From assembly GCF_963506605.1 (NCBI RefSeq), contig NC_083288.1, forward strand, positions 38,626,001 through 38,690,000: a DNA stretch of 64,000 nucleotides, given 5' to 3'. Source of the DNA: Zootoca vivipara. Its lineage: Eukaryota. The notes beneath the pieces were generated by a model. The model made no database searches and had not been told where the DNA came from. It worked only from the letters and a program-made list of their open reading frames with translations. Below, piece by piece: positions 24,901 through 36,800 of this stretch (position 1 is its first letter; each line of letters opens with the position of its first letter). Both the position numbers and the translations under genes were made by a program.

Positions 24901-24963
24901 CACTGAGTGAGGAGCATTATACCTCGGTGGGGGTGGTGGGGGGTCCCCAGAACCGGTCTCCAT
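9975..24963 (-). CDS. TBC1D10B: TBC1 domain family member 10B (Rab-GAP, EPI64B), about 805 aa
   Basis: Exons 24963-24092, 18623-18524, 18415-18308, 18137-18031, 17286-17172, 15808-15743, 13499-13310, 12778-12624 and 10679-9975; all GT-AG, phase-consistent, 2418 nt in total. Motifs: [10 protein letters not shown]-finger [11 protein letters not shown]-finger [17 protein letters not shown], and a KE/QE-rich coiled-coil tail typical of 10B. Confidence 0.97.
11902..12168. mobile_element. GC/CpG-rich hAT-type MITE
   Basis: TIR CAGGGGCGGAG...CTCCGCCAGTG; 8-bp TSD GACATATA/GAAATATA. Confidence 0.75.
12851..12986. mobile_element. hAT (Charlie/Buster-type) ~136-bp palindromic MITE
   Basis: TIR CAGGCATCCCCAAACT; TSD CCGTATGA/TCGTATGA. 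Confidence 0.9.
13665..14185. mobile_element. AT-rich non-autonomous DNA transposon fragment (truncated)
   Basis: Abrupt AT-rich block starting CCAAGGTGGATAAAAATCA, resembling hAT-like subterminal repeats; it ends at the 14181-14271 fold-back. Confidence 0.45.
14181..14271. repeat. Near-perfect inverted repeat (39-bp arms, 13-nt loop)
   Basis: GAGTCTGGAAACCTTAAAGAGAAACCAGCAGACCCTTTG followed by its reverse complement with one mismatch. Confidence 0.95.
16055..16225 (-). mobile_element. tRNA-derived SINE
   Basis: Reverse-strand head GGGCTGTAGCTCAGC...GGTCCCAGGTTCAATCC (A/B boxes), same family as the 27616 and 58615 copies. Confidence 0.7.
17424..17558. mobile_element. hAT (Charlie/Buster-type) MITE
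   Basis: TIR CAGGCATCCCCAAACT; perfect 8-bp TSD CTCTAGGC. Confidence 0.93.
22415..22660 (+). mobile_element. MIR/CORE-like tRNA SINE with an internal ~37-bp tandem duplication
   Basis: A-box GTGTAGTGGCTAAGAGTG, B-box GGTTCAAA, core GTGACCTAGGGCCAGTCAC, CCTACCTCACAGGGTTGTT. CAGGACCTGGAAGATCAGGGTTCAAAACTC is duplicated. Confidence 0.65.
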
Positions 24964-25139
24964 AACAACAATGGCCCCCTCCCCCCCAACAGGGGGGGGA
25001 ATGCGGCCTAGTCACCCAGCCAAAGCCTGAGCTGTGGTAAGGGGAGGGTGGGGAAGGAGAAGGAGGAAGCTCAGAGCTTCGCGCTCCCCCCTGCCCTGGT
25101 AGTAGCAGCAGCAGTAGGAGAGGCAACCACCCCAGGCTG

Positions 25140-25990
25140 CGCGCGCATCTCCAGACAGCCTAGGCCGGAGTTCAGCCAATGAGAGTCAAGGAGGAAAATG
25201 ACTTTAGCCAATCACTGAAATGGAACACAACTGGAACAGAAAGGGGTGGGGAGGGCCTGGAGAAGAGGGCGGGGCTCCTCGAAGGGCAAACCAATCGAAT
25301 AGAGCGGGCTATGGTGCGCAGCCAATCCTTAAAGGGAAGTAGGAGATGTCGATCAAAATGAGGAAGGGCGGGGGAGTACTTGCCAATCAGAGACACAGAC
25401 CCAAAACCAGAAATCCGTTTTCTTAGCCGGGAGGACAGCGAAGCTAAACCAATCGGGACAGAGCTGGCTAAGGTAATTGTAGGAAAGGGCGGGGGAGAGG
25501 CGTGCTTAAGAGCCCACCAGCCAACAGGAAGAAGAACCGGCAAGGATTGTCCAATCACCAGCGAGAGCGGAAATTAACCCTGCAGAGACGAACGCACGTG
25601 ATGTTTATAGGCGGCTAACGGGGAAGTAAAAGCGGCTGCTCTCGTCAAATCAAGCGGCAGCCGAAGGTGTCAGCTTTTTTGAGTAGCGTGATCCTGAACC
25701 AATTGAACTCCAGGATGTGAAAATGTGGGCGCGAATGTTTCTGATGTTGCCCAGTCCAGCGAAAGGCAATAGACCTTTCTTGTCGGCTTGTGAGGTGTTG
25801 CCAGAGTAGCCAATAAGAATGGGGTTTCGATTTTTAATTGACGTTTCCCTAGGCCAGTCAGATTTAAAAATTGAGTTAGACAGGCGAGCGTCAGAGCCAA
25901 CGACCAAGAACGAAATGAATTGTGGGGGCGGGGAAGAGAGTGATTGATCGGGCTACGAAAGGTTATGATTGGAACCCAGATTGTCAAATG
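25140..25990. promoter_or_regulatory. TBC1D10B CpG-rich promoter with CCAAT/GC-box array
   Basis: CCAAT at 25176, 25208, 25291, 25322, 25383, 25449, 25551, 25699 and 25810; GGGCGG boxes near 25267, 25366, 25486 and 25926; lies immediately upstream of the ATG at 24963. Confidence 0.8.
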
Positions 25991-26582
25991 AAAAGCAAGG
26001 AGGGGGCCCTAACGGGAAAAGAATTTCAAGAGATGCTGCTGCCTCGACCGGTCTTTTCAAGAACTTGACCAAAGTCCCAGCATCCTTTGCACTCAAGTGA
26101 TAGTTGTGCACACTCTGCTGGCTTGAAACGCACTGAGGTCATTCATTATTCTTCTTAATTCGGATTGAAGCTGGTTTTGCGGGGAAGTGCATCGAAATAC
26201 CTCACTGCATAAGAAATGACAGGATAGGTATGGATTTGGGCTGACGTCAACGTGTGCGCTGCTTCCCAAGCCAGTGCTGGGAGAGCGTTGGCTGCAGTAG
26301 AACGAGTGGCAACGTTGGACTGCAGTGGCTCGCCTAAGGCAACCATGAAGCCTCTGTACCGCCCCCTGCAAAAAAAGAATTGCTGCCCCATGTGGTGAGC
26401 CTGCATTACTTTGAAAAGCACAAAGGGCTGAAGGAGGAGGCTGGAAGTGACAGACTTTCCCACTTTCTCTTTCAGCCTTTACACTGGATCTGACTTTTAC
26501 CCAAATCCAAAGTGGGGAAGTGATCAAAAGTCCAAATGTGCCCCGGGGTCTGAAAATGTTGGCAACCCCTGCTGTACTAGAG

Positions 26583-26931
26583 AATGCAGGTGGCGCTGTG
26601 GTCTAAACCACTGAGCCTCTTGGGCTTGCCGATCAGAAAGTTGGCAGTTTGAATCCTCATGGCAGGGTGCTTCTGCCAACCCAGCAGTTCAAAAGCACAT
26701 CAGTGCAAGTAGATAAAGTGTACCGCTGTGGCGGGAAGGTAAACAGCATTTCCATGTGCTCTGGCTTCCGTCACGGTGTTCCATTGTGCCAGAAGTGGTT
26801 TAGTCATGCTGGCCACATGACCAGGAAAGCTGTGGACAAACGCCGGCCCCCCCAGCTGGAAAGCAAGATGAGTGCTGCAACCCCATAGTCACCTTTGACT
26901 GGACTTAACTGTCCAGGGGTCCTTTATCTTT
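26583..26931 (+). mobile_element. Near full-length Sauria SINE
   Basis: Head GGTGGCGCTGTGGTCTAAACCACTGAGCC, AGTGCAAGTAGATAAA core, GGGGTCCTTTA tail; TSD TACTAGAG. Confidence 0.88.
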
Positions 26932-27615
26932 TACTAGAGGTAAGGATTCCCAGGTCTTATCTGTGCTGGGAGCCTTTTTAAGCTGAATATAAAGTAGCCA
27001 CCTACAAATTACTTTAAAAAGAGGAAATGCATCACGAAAAGAAGGCAAAGATTTACATTAAAATCTGTATATACTACTTTATAGAGAGAGGTGCAAATTT
27101 AGGAAGTTTTATAATTTAAATACATGTCTAATGCATCTCTCCATAGTGGGGAAGACTGACTAGGTGACCTGTGCTTTGTTCTTCAGGTGCTTACTGTTCA
27201 TGAGCAACTTCAAGAGCCCTCCTCTCCCTTCTTAGGCTTCTTCTATCTTTAAACTGGATTTTGAGCAGGCAGCCCTACTATAATTGCAGGACTATCCTCT
27301 GCAAAGAAAGACACATGGCCACCTTATCTGATGAACAAGATAATTAAAAAAAACAAAACAAAACAAAACAGATAATTAAAAAAAACAAAAACAAAATACA
27401 ATCAGACTGATTTTAGATATGTACAGATTTACATTAACCCAGTTATAAAGTTTATCCTTTTCCCCCGGCAAGTTTCATTACCTTTCAACAGCTGTGTGCT
27501 AGGAAAGAATTCCACAGGCCATGGTATCACTTTCCGCATTGTTAGGAACAATTGCAGGCAGGCCTTGCTGGTGTAACTTACAGGAGTCTTCAGGTGGCAT
27601 GTGTGCTCAAGGGAA

Positions 27616-27810
27616 GGGCTGTAGCTCAGTGGAAGAGCATGTGCTTTGCATTCAGAAGGTCCCAGGTTCAATCTCCAGCATCTCTTGAGTCAGTCTGAGA
27701 AAAGACTTCCTGCCTCAAACCCTGGAGAGCTACTGCCAATTGCCAATTAGTGCGGACGACCCTGAGCTAGATGGACCAATAGCCTGGCTTGGAATAAGAC
27801 AGCTTCTTAC
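27616..27810 (+). mobile_element. tRNA-derived SINE
   Basis: Head GGGCTGTAGCTCAGTGG...GGTCCCAGGTTCAATC followed by the family body (CTGGAGAGC...TGAGCTAGATGGACCAAT). Confidence 0.78.
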
Positions 27811-28184
27811 ATCCCAGGGTGCCAGGACCCTTGGGCTTTATTTCCAGGCTGGAAGTACAGAAGGTATGACTCCAAGCTAACAGAATATCACCTTCCAATT
27901 TGGGTATGTGTCCAGGAGGAGGACGTGTCAGCTCAGCACGGATAGCTGCAAAAGGCCTTAGTAGGTCAGGTTACCCTGAGCTGAGCTGATGGGCTCTTCC
28001 CTTCTTGCGCTTTCCTACACCTTAGCAAAAATGTCAATTCTCACCCTCCACCCACCACACCCACTGGTATGTCTCACTCAAATCTTCCCCGCCGCCATCT
28101 CCTTTTCTTTCTTATGCCTTTGTTCCTTCTCTCTGTGTTTTTCCACGTTTTTATGTCTCTCCCCTTGTGCCACCCCCATTTACC

Positions 28185-28335
28185 GCTCTCTCTTTCAGGA
28201 CCTTTCCAGACTGTCTGTCTGTTGCATTCTGAAACACGTCGTTGATGCAATAATAGTGTGTTGGCGATGAGTTTACATGACATGTTTCAGAATGCGAAAA
28301 ACAAACCACCAGTCTGGAAAGGTCCCAAAAGAGAG
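28185..28335. repeat. Imperfect inverted repeat / palindromic MITE
   Basis: CTCTCTTTCAGGACCTTTCCAGACTG...GCATTCTGAAACA mirrored by TGTTTCAGAATGC...CAGTCTGGAAAGGTCCCAAAAGAGAG. Confidence 0.75.
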
Positions 28336-28892
28336 TGGCAAATTCATACCCCAATCTGCTAGACAGTCTTCACACTATTCCACTGTGTTAGTTTTGCACT
28401 GCTTCCCGAAAGAGACCTCATTATTGCCATCTGGGAGGGCTTTCTTGTGCTGTAGTACAAAAAAGTGGGGCAAGCAGCCTTCCATCCACCCTGGAATATT
28501 TGTGGTATGAAAAGTTACCCTTTTTGGCAGGAGTCTACAGGATGCTCACTGATTGGAAAGAAAGCAGCATGTCTGCCCCAAAACTTTTGCAGGCATAAAT
28601 AGTATTGAAAGTGGGATCATGCAGAACCTCCCCGCTATCGTTGTGAGCTCAAATAATCATGAATTTACAACTTTTAAAAAGACATCTGGAGAGGCCCTCT
28701 GTCTTTCCCATCCCCGCATACCTTTCTCAGGAATTGGGAAGATACTAGTGCTCTATCACTGTATTCCATCACTTTGCTGCTGAGTTGTTCCTTTTCCTTA
28801 CTTCATGCTGTGTTCTGCAAGTTTGCAGTGAGAGGTGGAAAGGTAACATTACATGGGCCTATGTCCCTACTGATGTTGGAAATAATAATACG

Positions 28893-29241
28893 TAATAATA
28901 ATAATAATTTATCATTTATACCCCGCCCATTTGGCTGGGTTTCCCCAGCCACTCTGGGCGGCTTCCAACAGAATATAAAATACAATAAACTATCAAACAT
29001 TAAAAGCTTCCCTAAACAGGGCTGCCTTCAGATGTCTTATAAAAGTCTGGTAGTTGTTTTTCTCTTTGACATCTGGTGGGAGGGCATTCCACAGGGTGGG
29101 TGCCACTACCGAGAAGGCCCTCCACCTGGTTCCCTGTAACTTGGCTTCTCGCAGCGAGGGAACTGCCAGAAGGCCCTTGGCACTGGACCTTAGTGTCTGG
29201 GCAGAACGATGGGGGTGGAGACGCTCCTTCGGGTATCTGGT
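28893..29241 (-). mobile_element. L2-clade LINE 3' fragment
   Basis: ORF2 C-terminus RAFSVVAPTLWNALP...HLKAALF followed by a 3' UTR and (TTA)n tail; the same tail also occurs near 22290-22380. Confidence 0.8.
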
Positions 29242-30574
29242 CAATTATTCTGTCCACTTTTAAATCATACGGTCTCCATGGTCACCAATTAGTTGACAGG
29301 AGGGAGGCTCCTCCAAAAAAACAAACCTGTATCCAAGTTGTTTCTGTGGCTACACCACCCTCTTCACACACGCCTTGCCTCTAAATGTGCAGCTGTGATA
29401 CCCTTGGGATCTCTAGTTCCCAGTCCCTCTTCTAGCAATCATACTGATCTTTGAAGAGTTGCAGGTGCTCACATCTTTCACCCTTCTGTTTTCCTTCTCT
29501 CACGTTCTCCCTCTCTCTGCCCTTACAGCACATGGTGAGTCTATAACTGGGGCTCTTTTGAGGAGAAATAACTACCAGGAATAAGTGGGTGAAGTAGGGG
29601 GATGAATGGGCAGGGCCTCCCGTAGCTTTGTCCGCAGTGGAGTGGGGAGGAAGCTCAAGATTGCTATCTTTAGGAGCCTCTACTCCAGCCTGGGTGTCTT
29701 GCAAGCGACAGCTGGGCCCCACAATCCCAAAAAGGAAATTTTCTCAGGGACATTGGATACCCTTGGCTGGGAGGAAGGGTAGGGAGAGGGCCGAAGGGAA
29801 GAAGGCGGATATTGAGGACCTCTGAGGCAAGGAAATGGGAGTGAGGAGCTGAAATTTTCTCAGCCCACGATGGAGGCCAGGCAGCAGAGGTCCCACAGTG
29901 AACCTCCAGGGCTAGGGAGTGGGGCTGAGCTCTTAAGAGTAGCTGCCAAGCTCAAGGTCTATGGGATAGTGCAAATCTCACTGTGGATGCCTTCCAGTGT
30001 GGTGCCTTCCAGACGTTTTAACTACAATTTCCAGTGACTAGGGATTATGGGAGTTGAAGTCCAACAATATCTGGAGGGTACCACATTGGCTATCCTTGTG
30101 TATCAAGTCTGACAAAATAGTTAGCCCCTGATCCCTGAATTTCATACAAGGAATAAATAAATAAAAACATTTCCTGCAAAGGCTTTGGCATGCATAACTT
30201 TAACTATACTGACGTACCGTGTGCAGATGAAATAAATGCACGTTCTCTTCTTTGTCTTCCCCCACAACCCCCTTCCCTCTATTTCCTGGGTTGTCTCCCC
30301 CGAGTCACACTTTAGATTGTAAACTCCTCATGGCGGCGACCTGCCCTCTCCTACTTCATAATGCGAATTGATGATGCAAGTCACAAATAACCCCAATTGA
30401 AGCTTTTGAGTCCTGGCAAAAGATCAGTGGAGCCCTAAGCCAGAGGTTCACCTTGACACCAAACTGGGCAGACCTGTAGGACCTACTCCTACAGGTGGGG
30501 CTGGGGTACTACCACTAACCCCTGTGATGGCAAGATTTCTGGGGCAGGAACTGTCAAAAACCCAGCATGCCTTT

Positions 30575-30760
30575 TCCCTTCTCCAAGAAAGGAGTTGGCC
30601 CGTTTGCGTTCCTCTGGAGTCTATTTCTGGACTTTGGTTACCCCCCCACCCCCAGCCCTGGAGCCAAACTTGAAGATGTGGCTATAGTTAGCTGCCCCGC
30701 CTCCCGCCAGGGGAGTCTATATAACCCCAGGGGAATTGGCAGCCTGTGTCTAGGCTGCTC
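30575..30760 (+). promoter_or_regulatory. MYL11 muscle promoter (TATA box, CArG-like and MEF2-like sites)
   Basis: TATATAA at 30718-30724, CArG-like CCAAGAAAGG near 30583, MEF2-like CTATTTCTGG (30621) and CTATAGTTAG (30682), GC box near 30696; upstream of the ATG-only exon 1. Confidence 0.65.
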
Positions 30761-30838
30761 ATCCTTTTGGCCCTTGGGACATCGCCACCGCACCCACAGC
30801 TGCTGTTTGCCCACCTGCCTGTCCGCTGAGAAACCAAA

Positions 30839-33800
30839 ATGGTAAGTGGGGTGCAGGTGCCCTGGTTCAATCTAGTGGAAATGTACAAAGTGGAAAGAAA
30901 ATGGAACGTTGGTTGATCAATCTGCAGCTCTTTTCTTTCAAATAGGAGGGGAAGACTACGAGACCATTCAGATTGTGTAGGAGAAATACATAATTCAACA
31001 CCCAAGAGGTTGGGTATTGGAGAGTGGGGGACAGAGGAATCCCCTTACCAATTTTCTAAAATTTTATTTCATGGCCAAAACAGTGCTGTACAGTTCTTTC
31101 TCTTACCTATTTTTCCCTTCATCAGTTTCTCCACTACTCTCTTTCCTTGTCTCATCTCTCAGTTTCAGTTTCTTTCCACTTAAACATTTTAATGTCTGTG
31201 CAGAAGAAATGTATGTGTTCAGGGAATACCTCGGAGCAATTGAGGAGAGATTGGGGGTAGTTGAATGAGGTGGGATGCCAGATAGCAGCTGAGAGGGACA
31301 GCTTTTGATGAGGGGAAGGGAAAGATGAAACCTAAACCGCATGCAGAATGTCATGTTAAACAGGATTATTTCACATCCTTCCTTGCTTTCTAGCTAGCCT
31401 TCCTTAAGATCCTATTTCCTTCGCTGAACTATGCACCTTAAAATTCACCAGGGAATCCTTTCAGGCCCTGAATGGCCATATCATGCTCTTTTTTCTTGAA
31501 TAATGCAGTAGAACAGTTTACTCAGCTGGGAATTAGTTGGACCCCGTATTGAATTGAGAGAGAGAGAGAGAGACAGTAAAGGGCAGCTGAGCAGTTGCTG
31601 AGCAGACAAAAGCTGCAGGAGTCATATTCCTGGCGGTGCCACAAAATTCAAAGCAAAGGAGCTGGAATCAAGGGATACCGTGGAACAATTTTTTTTTTTT
31701 GAACAAAGAAGCACAAGGAGTATGCTTTATTCCCTTCTTCTTCTTTTTGCCCTCGGAGTCTATTGTGTGGTTTGTCACTTCACCAATACACACACACACA
31801 CCCCTCATATTTTGAGATCCAGGTCACAGGCTGCCACTAGCACAAGAGAGGCAGTGTACTGCAAAACCTGCTTAGGAAGCAATCACTCCAGATTGTTCAC
31901 GCAAGCGAGCCAAGCCAACTCTCACAGACATTGCAGGCAAAAATAACCTATTGCCGCCCTTGGCTGTTCAATCCATCTATTGGTACTCACTGGGTACCAA
32001 TGGGAAATCCTATGTATGACTGCTCAGAAGTAAGCCCCAGTGATTTCAGTGGGGCTTACTCCCAAGTAATTGTATATAGGGTGGCAGTCCAAGAGATACA
32101 ACTTAATTTTGTGTGTGTGTGTGTGAGAGAGAGCTCTGTCTTCTGTGGTATGTTAGAGAGATTTCCCGAATCCTTTGACATATACACTTACCTAAGTAAA
32201 CCTCAACCCTGTCACCCAGATCAGCTATTGCTCAAACTCCTTTGCTGCCTTCTATCTCTTATGAGGCCAAAGTGCACCCTGTTCATTTCCGATCAACCAG
32301 ACCAGTATATGGCAGGAGGGTTCAGAAGGAATTGTGTACACCTTGCCAGCACTCCTTAGAGCTCCATTTAACCGCATGCTCCAAGCCAACCTCCAAGGAA
32401 GAGGCCTAGTTTGTGAACTTTGATGCATTCCAAAAACTGGAACCCTCTTTCACTGGGGCCTTTGCAGTTTCTCCCGCATCTGCTTAAACTTCCAGAACCT
32501 CATCAGCGTTCATTTAATTAGGTGTCAAAGCCTACAAAAAGCATTTTTGGAAGCTAGAATGTGTAGGCAAATTCTGCAGGACACACAAGGTTAGTTTACA
32601 TTTTGCTGAACACCTCTCTCTGTAACTCACTCTCACAAACACACCTCAGGCTAATACGTTGAAGATTTTGAGGAAATACCTCGAATATGATATATTACAG
32701 CTCCTCGACCTGAAGCAGCATTTGTTCTTCCTGCCATTTCTCAACACTAACTAAAGTTCTGAGCTTGTTCGTCAAAGGGTCTTCTTTTCCTCCCAGTTTT
32801 TAAAACCTTTGCTACCATAACCAAGCATTTTGGAATCACCTGAACCTTCATCCTGCTCCCTGTATCTATGGAAAGTTTGGTAACATCCTGTTTTGAAACT
32901 GAAAAAAATAACCCCCACCTCCCACCCCCACCCCAATAAAAATTTTGTTTAAAAATGAGCAGAAGCTGCTTCCAGACATTTCCCTCCTACCCGGAACAGA
33001 ATAAATGAAATAAAATTATTTCATTTCTAACCCCCCCCCCTTTAACTATGTTCAGAACATTTCGCACTCTAGAAACCTGCAGAAAGTGTGGACCCTGTCC
33101 CCCATCCTTAATAAGCTTTTCGGGTGGTAATGTACATAGTGGCACTGGTCTGACTTCCCATTTTAACCCATTATAGGCACCCAAGAAGGCAAAGAGAAGG
33201 CAGGCAGCCGAAGGAGGAAGCTCCAATGTATTCTCCATGTTTGACCAAACACAGATCCAGGAGTTCAAAGAGGTAAGAAACTAAGAAGAGATGGAAGAGG
33301 AGAAAATGGGAAATGTGCAGCTTGCTGGGAAATGTAATGTATGGTGCTCTTAAAGCTTACCTGGAACTCTTCATTGAAGATGTTTGGGAAATTAATTGAC
33401 AGAAAGGATGTTTTTTTCCCCCCCAAGGTACTAGAAATGAAGGTGACTACAGTTCCCAGGATTCATTGGGTGGGGCATGTTTTAAATGTGCTTTAAATGT
33501 ATAGTGTGTACGCAGCTACGGTGTAATCCTATAAATATCTACTCAGAAGTAAGTCCTATAGAGTTTAAGGGGACTGAACTCCAAGGTAAAGCGGGATTAC
33601 AGACTCAGTGTTTGGAGAGAAGCTGCTTGATTGTGGGCATGTAAGTCTCGCCCAGAAACCAGAAGGATACAGAAGTTAATAATAATCCTCATAATAACAG
33701 ACACATCTATAGATCACCTCCTTGGAACAGGATAGAAATTGAATTTTGAGGACCACCAGATTGGGAAAAGGACCTAAGTAAGCTACTGTATGTGGAAGGA

Positions 33801-36800
33801 TGTTCTGACCGTAAGAAATCTACAGTGTCTGGAATTTTCATCTGTGGGTTATTTAAAAGTAGCGCATCTGTGGCAGATTGATTGGATAGAATTAAACCTT
33901 TCAAAATGCAGCAGCTTCTGTCTACCCTATTTCACCCATGGAGGCCCATACCTCACTGATTTCCCTTCTCAAGCTTCACTTTAGCCCTTTCACTGTTTAG
34001 GATTCATCAGATGTTGAGAACGGTGGATGCCTCCAAGTTCTAAAGGATTTCCTAAAGGAGAGAGAACAGGAGAATGAATCCATGGGTGCTATAATTTGGC
34101 CAAGTTATCCTAAGCAAGTTCCTTTGTGTCTGTAGGATACAGAACCTCAGAGGAGCTGAAACTATCAAACACTACCTAGTTAGTTGTGCAGTACAACCCT
34201 AGGCATGTTTATTCAGAAGGAAGCCCCACTTTGCACAGTGAGCAAGTAAGCATGCGCAGGGTTGCAAGCCTTGGAAGGTGTTCAACACCTCCCTTTTTGA
34301 GGTGGATCCACCCCCTTCCTCTGCCTCTACACCCCATTTAAGTAGTCCTCTGTCTCCTACGGTAGTAGCCAGCCTGGTTCATTCCACTTGGGAAACTGGT
34401 GTGGTGGTGGTGGCGGTGAGAGCTTTCCATGTGAAGTTCGCCCTCCCCCATGCATGAGATTCTTCCCCTCCATTTTGAAGAGGATCTCCCTTGCCCTTTT
34501 GCAGCCATCGCTGCTGCCCCTCGACGCCCCACCCCCACCCCAAGAATGGCGGTGTTTCCTTTCTGAGACCCTTGAGACGCAGCAGTGTCTATTTTGGGTG
34601 AGGTTAGGACCGAGAAGGTAGGTGACATCTGCGCTTGGACAGAGAAGCAGGCGGCAGCTCCTTACAAGGAAATCTTTGGAGATGGATTCTGGGTGACTGG
34701 CCTGAAAGAAGAGCTGTGGGGATCCAGACTCAACGAAAGCAAGAATTGGGCCGGTGTTGCAAAGGCTGAAAACACTTAATCTAAATCTAACATTTGGAGA
34801 AAAGAAATCCAAAGAACAACAGGAAAATAATTATCATTCCAGCTGTCTGGGGAGTTCCATCAATCTTGTTCCTTTCTCTTTCCTCCATCCTGGTCAACGA
34901 GCATTTTCAATGTTTTTGATGACAACCCACTTTCAATCAATACATTTGGTGAAAAGAACATATCCTTGGCTACTGGGCAATTTATTGTTGATGACCTTTC
35001 TAGACCACCTCCCTCTAAGCAGCTTGGGGTAGTGATAATGGCTGTTCCCCAACCCGCCTCCATCTCCCAGTTTATCCTCAAAACAACCCTGCGACTGTGA
35101 TGGGAGACTGGACTGGAAAGGATGAGGTGACATTTGCTTCGGCTCAGCGTCCTCTAACTTCCCCGCAAACAAATCAGAACGAATGCTTCTTAAATAGCCG
35201 GCTTTGTCCAACCTCCCTGTAAACAAATCAGGGATGAATGCTCCATAAACAGGTTGTCTGGAAACGTCTCCAGTTGGAACAGGAACTCCTGGCTAAGGTG
35301 GCTCAATGGCCTGACTTGCTATAAGGAAAAATTATATATCCAGCCTTAGGCTATGGTGTATTTTGGGGGTTCAATTGTCCCTTGGCAGTGGCAGCTACGT
35401 TGTCTCTCTCCACACCTGCCCAAGAGTAGCTAAGGGGTTTCCCCCTCAGTGAGTACCATTTTGGAGGGCTGCATGTTCAGCTTTTATACGGAAAGATTGT
35501 TTACCCCCAGCACTCAAGATGCTGAAATGATGCAGTTACTACTACCACACAATTGTAATCATTGCCTTTAAAATGAAGAGTGTGTTGGGAGCGCCTCTGC
35601 CTCTCCATTCTGCATTCACTGTAGCTCTGGTGGGGTGGGGATTGTTCCATGTTTTTTTACAGGAAAGAAACATGCCGCACAACCCCAAAGGATAATAGTG
35701 ACTGAGCCAAGGAAGGCGTGAGCTCCCCTCCCCTCCCCGCTATCCTCCGGAGATCTCATCAACAGCTCCTCTGGAATGTTCCATCTGTCCCCTTAGGGAG
35801 GGGCCCTGGGTTTAATATGAGACAGAAGAAGATTGTTCCCATTCCTGGTAGAGACTCGGAGGGGTATCAAGTGACAGGTGTCTCTAGGGCACAGCTGCAG
35901 AGAAGTGAGGAGGGGGAGGAGAGGCCCAACAGGGATCGTGCTGTGCTGGAAGCTGGTCTTTCTCCAATCCCACAATGCATTGCTAGATATAAGCATCAAT
36001 AGAAGAAGACTGGATCTTGGGTCCAACCTGGGTCATGTTTTCTGGAACTCCTTTTACTTTAACTGTCCTGTCAGCTCATTAAAATTCCAGAGATAAGACG
36101 TCTGGCAACCTCCTTGAGTAAATTATATAGTGGGCTGCTATAACTACTGTTTTTTGCCCAATGCTTGATGACCCCAGTTTAATGTTTCATTCTTCTTTGA
36201 ATAATGCTGGCCATTGATTGTAACAATAAAGACTGGATTTGATTCTCCCTTGCGTTGCAGCGGCTTTTTCGATAGTCAGAAGCCGCCAACATATTATGTT
36301 CTCTTGGCCAGTAGCCTTGTGCCCTCCATAGGCTATGGTGTACAACTCCCAGCAGCCACAGCCAACGTTTTGTTAGATGCCACCCCAATCTCTGAGCGGT
36401 GCGAGATTCCAGGGGTTCCAGGCAGCTCATTCAGGGTTCAGTGGAGACGGTGGTGTCTTTAGGATTTATGGTTTATTTGCATATATATACAACCTGAGCC
36501 TACGGTGGAGAAGTTCACAGCACTGACACTCCAAGAGGGTCTTGTTTATCCCGCAGCCACAACTTTGGATTCAAGCAGAAATCATAAGTCAGAACGCTCC
36601 TTTTAATATTCTCTCCAGAAGTCAAAATTAACCTTCAAAGGAAGTTCATTCAAGGCTGGTGTATGTTTACCTTGCCATGGACATTTACATGATGAAACCA
36701 AGGTCTTGAAATGTGTACTGTCAACACAGGCACGAATGTGTGCGATTTCCCGTTTGCTAATGGATAGGTATTGTGTAGCAACAAAGCAATCTGTGGTTCC

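Noticed and set aside
27338-27400. Duplicated GATAATTAAAAAAAACAAAA unit
   Set aside because: It is simple slippage in an A-rich tract with no functional signal.
27616-27690. tRNA-like sequence with A and B boxes (also at 16.2, 56.8 and 58.7 kb)
   Set aside because: The cloverleaf is degenerate and is followed by a shared SINE body, so these are SINE heads rather than tRNA genes.
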